From the NCBI GenBank assembly GCA_950097015.1, contig CATNEN010000001.1:5642001-5706000 (forward strand): a stretch of 64,000 nt of DNA. Direction: 5' to 3'. The notes under the pieces were generated by a model. It had not been told where the DNA came from and did not search any database. It saw only the letters and a list, made by a program, of their open reading frames with translations. Positions 12,438 through 24,750 of the stretch are shown here, in pieces. Positions within the stretch are counted from its first letter, which is position 1; every line of letters starts with the position of its first letter. The translations under genes and the position numbers were made by a program. This DNA comes from Macrostomum hystrix. Taxonomy: Eukaryota; Animalia; Platyhelminthes.

Positions 12438-15400
12438 ATGAAAGTTTTCCTGCTACTGTGTCTGGTGCACATTGCGTTGAGTGTGGACTTCAAGCTGGCA
12501 GTTGTGGTTGAGCAGAACGCTCTGGACATTTCCCTCATCGACCTGGCTGTGAGCAGACGAGTGAATTCGAACTGGCGACTGCTGTCAGGCCACTCAATGT
12601 CACACGTGACTGTACAGGTGTCTGCTGACGGGGGTCAGCTGGCTGCGAGAGAGGGTGAGACTATTGAGACGCGTCATATATCGGCCCCAGATGGTCACAG
12701 TTGTCGATAGCATTGACCGAGCGTTTATTATCAATAGAAATGCCATTGGACATGAAATTATACAGATGCGATTCCAGCTACTTCGTAAGAAACCTTAAGT
12801 TTTATGATATTTATTCAGAATAGTGTAAAAAAATATTTCTGGCTTCGGCAACCAAAAATAATATGGAATTATCTCTACCCGATGTCATAATTATACTAAT
12901 CAATATATTCTCATCGGAAAGAGCTACTGCAAAAAAATTGTAGGGCGAGTATATTTTCCTGCAACATATACTAGTCCAGAAGCAAACTGCTTCTCCGCGG
13001 AGAGAAGGCTTGGGGGCTTGTCGTGCAATTTACGCCCTTGAGGGCCAACCTCCAAGGCACAGTGAAATGTACACTGCCTGACGATGAGAAAGTCAGGGCA
13101 GATGTACACACCTGTGTGAGCGTATGCCTGCGTACGGTATCTGTGTGCGTGTGTGCTCAGGAGTCAGCGAAATGGGCAGAATTGCCTCCTCGCTGGCTGC
13201 GGGTCTAGTATCACCAAACTATGTGTCATTGCCCGCAGCCCTCCTGCAATTATTATTATTATTATTAAGAATAACTGATTAGCGAGCAGAAGAAAAAAGT
13301 TCTTACATAAACAATTGATATTACTGCCAACTATGAATAGAATGCTCGAGGACGCGTTGATTTCGGTTAGAAACTTTTTAGTAAAATTTATAACTCGAAA
13401 TCAAAATTTATATTTCTATAACTTAAAAGCAGAGCTAACAGAGAATTGTCTGGACCAATTGTCTCCAGACAACTGTTTGTGCTGCATGCACCCGAACGGA
13501 ACAACGCAAAAAAATGAAACTCAAGAACACGGGCCAACTTTTTGTTGCGCATCTTCTGAAACAAGAATCAAGTCTCCAGTTCTTCAGACCGTCAAACCAA
13601 TATAGCGCCAGTGTATCTCATACACCCCTCTACACGAACTAGCACTGTGCCTCAGTGAGGCCTTGCCAGGCCTTCAAAACTTGTCAGCATGTCACCAGAA
13701 TGTGCCTGCATCATCTCCGACTTTGACGGTCACCTACCTTTATCTAGAGCTGCTGGACCTTCAAGTGCTACAAGATGTAGAACTCGGCGACTATGGACAC
13801 CCTGATGAGAATTTCTCCAATTTCACTGATCCAGCCTAAGTATTAGACGCAGCTCAACAACAGTACACCATCGTCAGTCACTACCCATGGCATTCAGGCG
13901 CTGCCATAATTTTCAGGGTGGGGGCTTGGTATAAAAAAGTGCGGCAAAATGGCTTGGTAGTCCTCCTTTTAACATGCACAATCAAAAAACTTTTCACTGA
14001 GGCCAGCCAAATGTGCAGCCAGTGGAGCATCGAAATGCTTCAACTGATTCTGCTACCAATTTTACTCGTACAACCGAGCAATGAAATACCCCATTGCAGT
14101 GTGCTCACGTCCGGGTCTGTCAGCCCTGCTGGTAATCGGCAGCTGCGGTCTCATCTCAGAGCTGAGCACTCTGGCCAAGTCACTGCAGCTGCCGTTCATC
14201 GGCCTGCCAAATGCTCTGTGCCGTCAAGCCGATAACAGTAAGCTGATTATCAACGCCCTGGAAACTCGATTTAGAAGTGAAATCCCAATAATAATACGAG
14301 CTCGTAGGATTATGTCACATATAGCCACTTTCATTCCTAGTTTATTGTTCTTAAAACTCTGCACACAGCTTTCCAGCTTCCAAGTTCCAAGTTCCAAGTT
14401 CCAAGCTTCTGAGTTCCCCAGCTTCCAAGTGGAGACCGCTAATGAATGCTAAGTCGTATCTTGATCAAGATTAAAAGCATGCATCTCATCGATAAAAGCT
14501 CAAATACCAACACAGTTTGATCTAAGGCACCAGCTCAGATTTATTAGCATTATATGCATGACTTACTAAAAATATTGCCAACAGTTTTCTCTTCAATCGC
14601 ACCTAAGGATATGGGGCGATCGGCACTCATTCCGCCACTGATATGCTGCACACAGCTGCGAAAACCATGGCGAAACAAGATAAAAAAATAGCAGCCATCT
14701 TATGCGACTCACTTCATGGTATGCGAAACATGAAGCGAATTGGTACTTCGCAAGACTGCAGCGAGAATCAAAAGCCTCACAAAATTCTTTTTTAGACGGT
14801 TCGCTGCTGCAAACTCTGCAGACAGAGCTTTCTAATGCAGGAATCAGCTCCATAGCACTGAACGTCGAAGCTGCCGGCCGCTTTACTCTCGACGGAGGAC
14901 TCTCAGAGCAGCTCAGGCATGTCATGAAGAAGCGAGTGTTCAACGCCGTTGTCATGGCGACTCCTCAAAACGCACTCAACATTCTGGCTGCAGCTGCGAA
15001 CGCCAGCGTCATGCAGCAGAACTACTTCTGGCTCGTGATTGACAGTGGACTGAGCAAGTCCCAGCTCATGTCAGCTTGTCCAACGAACTGCAACTTGGCT
15101 CTGCTGCGAGGAGGCACGACAGGCGTCAATGAGGCATCAGGCTGTGCGGCTGCAGTGAGAGACGTCTTCCCCAGCTGTGACACTGACGCCATTCGGGTGA
15201 GCTTTGTCACTCCCGAATCCGCTAGCTGTATCGCATGCTCTCCAGTGTGACTTGTCACATCCAGAGTGCATGCAGTGAGTCAACTCTCACCCACTCACCG
15301 ACCGCATGCTCACAGACACTGGACGTGCGTCTCGTGGATGCGATCGAGGCTCTGGCAAAGGCTCTCACGGACTCTCTCGCGCAGCCGACATTCCAAGCAG

Positions 15401-18176
15401 TGAGCAACGCATCGTGCTTTCCTCTGCAGCCATGGTCGTCTGGCACTCATGTGCTCAGCAAGCTCATCTCAGTGAGTCCCGACTGCATGGCTGACTGCAT
15501 GTGCTTGTGCGTTTCACCACTGCTCTCCTGTGCACTCTGCGCTTGCTTGATTTCAGCTGACGAACTTTGACTCGGAGCGCGGTGTGATTTCATACAACTC
15601 GACAACAGGATTCTTCAACTCTCAGGGCATCGAGATTGTCGCGTCATTCACCGAGCAGGTGGGAGCGTCGGTCCGATTCGTGCTGAGCGGTCGGTTCAGC
15701 AGCGGCTCGCTGACGAAGCTGTTCCGCAAGAAGGGAGCCGATTTCGTCTTTCCCAACACCTTCACCGGCTTCAACAATGTGTCGATTGTTGTTTGCTCGC
15801 CATTGGTACGTACAAATTAAGGCTAAAATTGATAGCTTTATCTATCTGATGTAGCACAGAGATTCAATTACCTTAAGCAAATTGTCAAATTGTACATCAT
15901 TTTAATTCAGTCCCCACCTGTAGTGGTCTATGAAAAGTTGTACGACAACGATACTGTGGCAGCTAGTGGAATGGCAATGGACGTAATGGACTATCTTGCC
16001 CAAAAGTTGGAATTTCGGTACTTAAGCCTTGAAACTGTGAAAGCGCTTACTGTATAGATGTTTCATATAATGCTAATTGAATATCCACTTTAAATGGTTT
16101 GCAGCTACAACGCAAAGCGTCCGAGGGATGGTCAGTGGGGTGCTCCAAGAAGCTCAACACCCTTCTACACCGGCTGTGTCGGTGAAGTTCAGCAAGGAGT
16201 AAGCTTTGAAGTCTTAGGCTTGTTAGTAATGTATTGTTGAAAAATTTTATCGCTTGGTTTTCATTAAGGTGACAGAATTAAATTGAATAGCGTCTTCATT
16301 TACTACTGTGAAGCAGTGTGTGCTCATTGTTCAACATAAAGATTGCAATACGTTTTTCTGGTCAACTGAAGCATCAGTTTCAGCCGACGGGCCGATTGTA
16401 CTCGTACAGCTGTGCTACAACCCTCTAACTCACTTATCCCCACAGATTGCTCAACTAGGCGCCGGGCCCTTCACAAAGACCACTATTCGTGACGCCGTTA
16501 TTGATTACACAGCCGACCTGTACCCCGAGAATAGCGGAATCCTAGTGCCCAGAGCAAGTTCTGGTACAAGCATGTGGAATGTGTTCCTGCCTCTACATTG
16601 GCACGTTTGGTTGTCTCTGGTTGCCTCCTTCTTTGCGGCCGCTTTTACTGTCTGGTTCCTGGCGTACTTTTCGCCGTTCTCAGGCATCAACCTTAACCTG
16701 GACAGCGCAATCACCGATGAGAATAGTTATCCTCAGTATATGTGGACCATTGTTGGCAGTTTTCTTCAACAGGGACAGGACTTCTATCCGTGCGCAATGT
16801 CACCAAGAACAACACTTGCCTTCTGGTGGTTTTTCAACGTTATAATCTATTCTGCTTACACAGGTAGCAAGCTTACAGTATCATGGTATTCCCGTATTGA
16901 AAACTACACAGCAATTCACTATGACATTTTTATGAACCAACTTTAACAAATGAATCCTCACAGCGTTTCTCACTTCAACACTGACTGTATCGGTAACCAG
17001 TTTGCCAATTAAGACTCTGCAAGATTTGGTCAATCAGAAGGACATTAAACCCGCCGTATCTAACGGCAGCAGTGTGTACACTCTGCTCCGTGCTGCGCAA
17101 TCTGGAGTGTATCAAGAACTGGCCAATGCGTTAGTTTCAGTTCCTAGCTGCTCTGTGGAGGTAAGATTTTGCATTTAGGAGAGCGCGCATGCTAACAAGC
17201 AATACGTGGGACCACTCCCAAATCTCGTATTCATGTTCATCGAATGATGCTTAGATCAAAAGTTCTCAAAACGTCTGGCTAGTTCTTAGGGATCACATGC
17301 GATCAAACGACAAAGGAGTATTGGATGAATTGTTCAAAATGTACGCTATTAATTGGAATCGTTTTAGTAGGGCCGGGGAATTGGAATTCTCAGAATCTGT
17401 GGCAGCACAAATTTAAGAAGCAAAAGCTTATAGAATTGTCAGTCAAAGTGCGCTCGTTAGCTTTACGATCTAAAATGATCCTTCATACTATAGTTTTTAA
17501 CATTTGAGCAAGTTTTTAACATACTATGTTAAAAACATTTATTGATTCGTATCACAATCGTCAGCCATCGATAAATGACAACTTAAGATGTTGAATAATT
17601 ATAACTATACCTTCCTTTCATTCGGCACAAAAGATGCAAGTCAATAACAAGATCGCCTGCTTGGGTGACCTGTCCCTGATAGCCTATATGGCCCAGCTAA
17701 ACTGCAGTCGATGGTACGTTGCAGAAGAAGTTTTCAATTCAGCCACTGTGGCCTTCATAATGCCAGAGGACGCTGTGTATGGACCAGCTGTTAGTTACTA
17801 GTGAGTCACAATCTGAAAAAATATTCTTAGCAAGGCCATTTTTAAATGACGTAATTGAGGACGACGCTTGTGAAAGTTTTATTGCTTGTCTTTAGGATCT
17901 TCTTCCATAATATTTTTGTGTCTGGATTTCCACCAACATTTTAATAACAATTGCAGCATGCAAAAGCTTCACGAAAGCGGGCAAATGCAACTACTGAAAC
18001 ACAAGTACTTTGTTCCGGAAACTGAAAATCAGTGCGTCAAGACCTCTAACGCCGACGCTGCCTCCGCAGACCCGATCGGCATTGGCACCGTGCTGGGCAC
18101 TTTTGTCGTCACCGGCAGCTTCTATGCTCTAGGTCTCATTTTGCTGGTTGGCGAGCTCGTCATTGCAAAGTTGTAG
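12438..18176 (+). CDS. iGluR/IR-like receptor, copy A, intact, 12 exons, 824 aa
   Basis: Exons 12438-12654, 14100-14237, 14608-14718, 14796-15196, 15316-15471, 15557-15805, 15911-16017, 16105-16198, 16446-16863, 16964-17160, 17634-17800, 17957-18176, all in phase. Signal peptide, ATD, S1 (DGQWG, GCVGEV, GPFTKTTIR, IDYT), M1, pore SFLQQG, M3 SAYTAFLTS, PIKTLQDL, KLHESG, M4. Confidence 0.93.
12990..13266 (+). mobile_element. SINE family 2, 5'-truncated, in intron 1 of iGluR A
   Basis: Aligns with 5620-5985(-). Ends in (TTA)n. Confidence 0.8.
13638..13972 (+). mobile_element. Partial copy of the MITE at 45855-46258
   Basis: Colinear similarity (ggccttgccaggccttcaaa...gaatttctccaatttcac...ttggtagtcct). 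Confidence 0.8.
14829..15779 (+). repeat. Homogenised ATD cassette, copy A (exons 4-6 with two introns)
   Basis: Almost identical to 22210-23161(-), 28443-29378(-) and partly 31846-32381(+). Confidence 0.95.
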
Positions 18177-20231
18177 CTTCACGGCTATTACTGAGGCGAT
18201 TAAATAAGTCGCGCGATTATTGTATAAAAAACCTTCGCGAGGAGTCACCTGGAACATATCGTTTGTAATATAATTAAGTACTTTCAGATTTTCCGAGTTA
18301 CACTCATTTAATAGGGGGCTATTTAAAAAAGCAAAGTTTATAATTAACTATAAAATAAAAAACCATCTATAAACTATTGTGTATAATAAATACTATAATA
18401 GGTAGTATAAAAATACTGAGAAAGGCCTAATGTAAAACGTGATAAAACGCATTATACGAGTAGAATAGACGACTATTATGGGTCATACAGATAATTGAAT
18501 AAACTACACTTAAAATCTCTTTAATGTTAAACTTCTCAGAATACGCACCAAATGTATAAATACGTCAGTTTAAATAATTAGCAGAACAGATCTGGTACAG
18601 CATGTTAACATCGACGCAGTATTCGCGTGTGACAGCTTGCTAGTAGCTTAACTGTAGAATTTCTGTGATTAATTATTACACCTGTTACATCTGTATGAGC
18701 GGTTAAGATAAAATAGAGAAAGATGTAAACGTCTGTAATATGGTAGCAGACGTGGAATGTGGTAGGACGTCTGCGATGTGGTAGCAGACGGTGGATTACG
18801 CAGAGTACAGACCCCCCACCTGTGCTACTGCCATATCAGACTGCCCTGCATCATCTTACGCATTGTTTCTGTACTTAAAGTAGTGTAACTCGTGCTCATA
18901 TGAGCTTGGAGCCATTTGAACTATTTTTCTTCCACTCAAGGGAAGCACCTGTCTACTTCGCTTGAAATTAGAATAATCCTCTTTTTTTCTTGAGAAGAAA
19001 CCTCGTTGCAATATACTTTTTACAACGAAAATGTTTATTTACAGAATTTTTTTTTTTAAAAAGAAATATTAAAAAATCGTCTTTAACTGTGCGAGAATGG
19101 TAAAAAACTTTTGAGAAACTGTTGTAACAAGAGGCAGCTTTAAAAAAAATTTGATGACATTAAAAGAAGAAAAAAATAAAAAAAGTAAAAATACATCAAT
19201 TTCGATAAATCATGTTGATTACGCTTTTCCTTCTTTTTTCGATCTGAAGTACCACTCAAGAGAAAAGAGAAAAGGCAACTTTATGCATAATGTCGACCAT
19301 GACAGACGACTGATCGAAAAAAGCACAAAGAATCATGTTAGAATCATGTAGACAAATGTTAATCACGTCAGCTTGAAGCAAGCTGACGTTATTAAATTAA
19401 ACTAAATTTGGCTATCAGCTTAAGCAAAACGGAGCCATCGCTTATACCATTGTGCTCGTTTTATCTACCGGATTTCACTATACTGGATGGCCTATAATAA
19501 AATAATCGAATACCCCATCTCTCTACCGTGTCTGCTGTCCCCAGTGATATCGCACGGCATCATTAAATGTGGTTCCATGTCAATTCTTAAATCTCTAGCT
19601 TCGTTGAAATTCAGCAGGATAATCTGTGCAATAATGAAATCCTATAGCCAAACAAATCACTGTAGTAATATCCAGATTCGCCAGTTAAGTCGTTTCATAT
19701 GTACGGGACTTTAAAAAATAAATCTAAATTCGTGTCTCAGTGAAAACTGCAGTCAGCCAGGTCCTGAATAGGGTCACTGACTAAACCCTGAATTCAGAGC
19801 GCCGAAGTCAAAAACTTTCGAAGGCTGTGAAACAGTTTAGAAAAATTACGATGAAACAATTTCATTTTCTTGAGTATTTTGTCTGCAATTCACAGCCCTC
19901 TACAACAAGAAGCGACGCAACTTGACAATAAGATTGAGAGAAAAATTTTTTGCTTATCAATTCGTGAACGCTAGGAGATATGATTGAGCGATACGATAAG
20001 CATAAAGAAAATGTAGATGTCGTAACTTATGTTCCTGGCATATTCGAGGTGTGAAGCGAGTGTGAAGCGAGTCAAAGGAACGGAGCTCTGCCGCCAGCAC
20101 GTAACGGCGGTGATGGGCAGTCTTTCGTTGAAAATAGTTTAAGTTTATAAAATAAGTTGTGAGTTCAGTGGGAGTTCTAATTAAAACAGTTCATTGTGGT
20201 ATAAAACCAAAGCATGCTCATGAAAACTCAC

Positions 20232-23200
20232 TAACAATCCATCAGCTCGCCAAAGAATGCGTCCTCTGGATACATGAAGGCTACGGTAGCGGCGTTAAAT
20301 TTTTCGTCTGCAGTATAGACCTTGGAACAATTCTGCTTCGCCAAGTACCTCGAGGAGGTCAAATCTCCGAGACAAGAGATGTTGCTGCTCAGCGACTAAA
20401 TATAGTAATATACTTTTACAGAGTTAGAAAAAATCTAAAAAATGTAACCGCTTCTAAGAGTGTACGTGTGGTATGGCATCAGAAGGCGTAAGGCGTGCTT
20501 ACCTTCAACGGGCAGTTCACTTCAGGAACCATAATGTCTGCAATCTGCTTGTAAATTCCTGAAGGAGTGTTTTTCAGCAGCCTGTCTAAATTAGTTCCGC
20601 GAATGTAGCCCGGAATAATTTCTGACTGAGAAGCCAAATCCTGGAGGGTCTTGATGGGCAAATCAGTTGTCCTAACCGTCAGAAAGGACGCAAGAAATGC
20701 TGAAAAAATGATAACTCAACTCGAGATTAGAAGGTATATAAATTGCGCGACATTTCTTAAGCCTATTTCAACAAACCTGTGTAAGCCGCGTACACAACAA
20801 CGTTAAAAAACCACCAAAACGCGAGCGAGGTTCTCGGCGACGGTGCGTAGGGATAAAAGTCCTGGCCCTGCTGAAGGAAGCTGCCAATGATAGTCCACAT
20901 GTACTCCAGGTAGCTGGCCTCGTCATCAATGGCGCCCTCGAGACCCAGGTTGATGGCTGAGAACGGTGAGAAGTAGGCCAGTAGCCACATGAGAGAGCAG
21001 CCAAGAAGAAGGAGGCCACAAGGCAGGCTCACACATGCCAGTGCAGCGGTAGGAACACGTTCCACATCTTAGTGGCCAGTTGGGGTCTGGGAACCAGGAT
21101 ACCGTTGTACTCCGCCGAGAAGTCAATGACTTCGTCTCGAACTGATGTCTTAGTATATGTCCCGGCTGCAAAGTCAGCAACCTGGAGTTTGAAATTTGGT
21201 AAACAGAAAGAATTTTTGCAATTTTTTAATACACAGAGCTAGTAAGTGCTAATAGGAGGCCAAATCGATTACATGATTTAACGAATCGTTACGAATAAGT
21301 AAAAGTATTTGATTGCAGCCTTCGCAAACTTTGTAAGTGAGTTGGGTAAAGTGGTTTAACCCCACCCGGCTCTGTCCATTTAGCTGCTCACCTGCTCTGC
21401 TCTCTGCGCGCGCTTGATAATTTTTTTTTGTTGTGATTGAATAAAAAACCTATGTTCTCACTTGCTTTTAATCTTCATTGTCGCTTCGGCATCTATTTAA
21501 GCACTGCATTTTATAGAAAAAAGCTATCGTTATCCAAATTTACATGCCATTGTGAGGGGATCACCTTTCCTTTCTCGCTCGCACCTTCACTGCCTCTTCC
21601 ACCTTCAATCTGCTACCTTTGCTTTGCATCTGTGTGGGGCTGTTAGATAATGGACAAAAAAAATCTGAAGAAACTGCGCATCATGCACTTAAGTACTCAA
21701 GAAAGATTGGAACGTTGGGCAAGCAACATTCTGCAGGCTATTCACAGTGGTAGAAAAAGTAAGGAAACGTATTAAATTCTAGATTCTGACCCCACGTTGA
21801 AGCTCTCCAACGCAGCCAGTGAAGATCTTAGTTCCAGCCTTAGATCGACCCCATTCTCCGTCGTCAGGAGCTTTTAGAATGTAGCTAAAATAATAAGCAG
21901 GTAAGTGCATTCGTATTCAGCTCGAACAATTTTTATGGCTTATATCTAACATCCCCACAAAATGTAATCTTAGTGTTAAAAAATAACATTAAAAAACACT
22001 AACCGAAAATTAAGTCTCGAAGCAAGAAACTGCAGTACATCAGGAGCAATAGCATAGCCGATGTAAGCATTACGAGCGTATTTGCCAAGTATTCAATTAC
22101 GCCCGACGATGGATAGTCCTGAAAATGCGTTTAAATCCAGAACACGAAAAAGAAATTTCGTCAACCAGAAAATGAGCTCGTACTATTGGGCAACAAACAA
22201 CCAAAGTAGCATTGTTGAAGCCGGTGAAGGTGTTGGGAAAGACGAAATCGGCTCGCTTCTTGCGGAACAGCTTCGTCAGCGAGCCGCTGCTGAACCGACC
22301 GCTCAGCACGAATCGGACCGACGCTCCCACCTGCTCGGTGAATGACGCGACAATCTCGATGCCCTGAGAGTTGAAGAATCCTGTTGTCGAGTTGTATGAA
22401 ATCACACAGCGCTCCGAGTCAAAGTTCGTCAGCTGAAATCAAGCAAGCGCAGAGTGCACAGGAGAGCAGTGGTGAAACGCACAAGCACATGCAGTCAGCC
22501 ATGCAGTCGGGACTCACTGAGATGAGCTTGCTGAGCACATGAGTGCCAGACGACCATGGCTGCAGAGGAAAGCACGATGCGTTGCTCACTGCTTGGAATG
22601 TCGGCTGCGTGAGAGAGTCCGTGAGAGCCTTTGCCAGAGCCTCGATCGCATCCACGAGACGCACGTCCAGTGTCTGTGAGCATGCGGTCGGTGAGTGGGT
22701 TGAGAGTTGACTCACTGCATGCACTCTGGATGTGACAAGTCACACTGGAGAGTATGCGATACAGCTAGCGGATTCGGGAGTGACAAAGCTCACCCGAATG
22801 GCGTCAGTGTCACAGCTGGGGAAGACGTCTCTCACTGCAGCCGCACAGCCTGATGCCTCATTGACGCCTGTCGTGCCTCCTCGCAGCAGAGCCAAGTTGC
22901 AGTTCGTTGGACAAGCTGACATGAGCTGGGACTTGCTCAGTCCACTGTCAATCACGAGCCAGAAGTAGTTCTGCTGCATGACGCTGGCGTTCGCAGCTGC
23001 AGCCAGAATGTTGAGTGCGTTTTGAGGAGTCGCCATGACAATGGCATTGAACACTTGCTTCTTCATGACGTGCCTGAGCTGCTCTGAGAGTCCTCCGTCG
23101 AGAGTTAAGCGACCGGCAGCTTCGACGTTCAGTGCTATGGAGCTGATTCCCGCATTAGAAAACTTGCTTTGCATAATCTGTGGAATGGATCCTCCTGCAG

Positions 23201-24599
23201 TGTTGTCGGATCGTGGAAGCTCATAAGCTAGTTTGTTTGTTTGCTTGAAGATTTTTTATATCTGGAATTATTACCGTTGGCTTCGTCATACAGAATGACA
23301 ATCTTCAAAGCTTGTTTTGACTGAAAGGCTGCAACGGCCGCGTCGAAAATTTGTTCGGCCGCGTGGCTTCCAACGACACCGTAGGCTGTGGGATGTTTTA
23401 CAAACATCCACAAGTAATATGGTACGAGTATGTCGCAGGTCGGTATTGAATTAGCTGGTTTAATGTCAATGCTTTCGTAAAACAAGGTCAAATGAGGAAT
23501 ATTCATTTAAGACAATAGAATTTCCTGACGAATTTACTTCACCTCACTTATCTCAATTATTAGCAAGTGCGAGTACCTATGCAGTGTTTTAGCGGACTAT
23601 TGAGCCCCAATTCTCGTAAAAAAGGCTGCTGTCAGTACTTACTATTGTTTCGTTTGAAGAAAAACAAAAAGGTGCTCTTCGCCGAACCCTGATTTCGTGA
23701 ACTCTAATTAACAAGTATTAAGTATAGCGAGTTACTAATACACATTGTACCCAAAAGACTAACGCCTGAGTATAATCTTACTGCCAGCAACCGTTGAAAT
23801 ACGCATTAGTTCAAGCAAGAAAAGCATTAGATTAACTTAGTATACTAATTGACGTCTAAACTGCATTTGGCAGTGAGACTATGCCCTAAGGTACAGCGTG
23901 TATGTGCATGGCTTGAAATGTGCATAGGCCAAACAAAAAGTAAGTTATTAACGAGCTGCATAGAGCATCATAATTTTGAGTTGCATAAAATTCTGAACCA
24001 TGCTGAAATGGTTCAGCTCAACGCGTTCTTTGTCTGCCCACTCTAAAGATGCTGAGAAGAAATGTCAGGGTGATTGTCCATTCAGACGTTAAAAACTCAC
24101 AATAAAAATACTGTCGAGATATTTCTATGATTCTTAAAGAAGTTATATTTCACGACTTCTAAATACACCTTAGCTGTGTACTAATCCATTTATCAAGCAA
24201 ACAATTTACCAACTGGGTTTCCGCTGCACAGAGCTGTTGGCAGGCCAATGTACGGCAGCTGCACCGACTTGGCTAGGGAGCTCAGCTCTGAGACGCACCG
24301 CGATGAAAAGCGCATCGCAAACCCTGAGAGCAAGTTGAGACCATCCAAAATCACTCACACTCCTTCGCAGCCAGCTGAGCCCCTTCAGCAGACACCTGCA
24401 CAGTCTTGTGTGACATTGAGTGGCCTGACATCAATCGCCAGTTCGAATTCACTCGTCTACTCACAGCCAGGTCGATGAGGGAAATGTCCAGAGCGTTCTG
24501 CTCAACCACAACTGCCAGCTTGAAGTCCAGAGTCAGTGCGATGGGCAATAGACACAAAAATATCGATATTTCTTCGAAGAAAATCAAAATGTTTTTCAT
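20232..24599 (-). pseudogene. iGluR/IR-like copy B, pseudogene
   Basis: Exons 1-11 recognisable. Exon 7 is 115 nt vs 107 in A and C (frameshift). In-frame TGA at 21029-21031 (HWHV*), a 4-codon deletion in S1 (FSAEYNG vs FSADLFAEYNG), a frameshift in M1. No M4 exon found downstream. Confidence 0.88.
22210..23161 (-). repeat. Homogenised ATD cassette, copy B
   Basis: Inverted near-identical copy of 14829-15779. Identity with copy C extends to ~23404. Confidence 0.95.
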
Positions 24600-24732
24600 T
24601 CTAGAACCAATAATTAAAAATTAGGACTGCTAGCTCTTTGCAATTCCATAAGCCAATTTTGTTTTCTGTTGATGCGGCTGTTCCAGTCGTGTTCTTATAT
24701 TAATAACTCGCAGTAGTTATGAGTGGCTGGCA

Positions 24733-24750
24733 GGAAGCTGGTAATTGGTT
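24733..24750 (-). promoter_or_regulatory. Conserved upstream motif AACCAATTACC(A/C)GCTTCC containing a CCAAT box
   Basis: 17/18 match to 36761-36778, upstream of copy E. Flanks otherwise diverged. Confidence 0.45.

Noticed and set aside
14829-15779. ATD cassette as a transposon or a pure assembly duplicate
   Set aside because: It is in-frame coding sequence without TIRs or TSDs, and each copy has private substitutions (e.g. KKR/KKQ, GRF/GRL, HVL/HVF). Read-level confirmation is still needed.
18540-18820. Possible LTR remnant on the minus strand (ggtggggggtc-TGT with short internal repeats)
   Set aside because: No second copy, TSD or adjacent pol; insufficient support.
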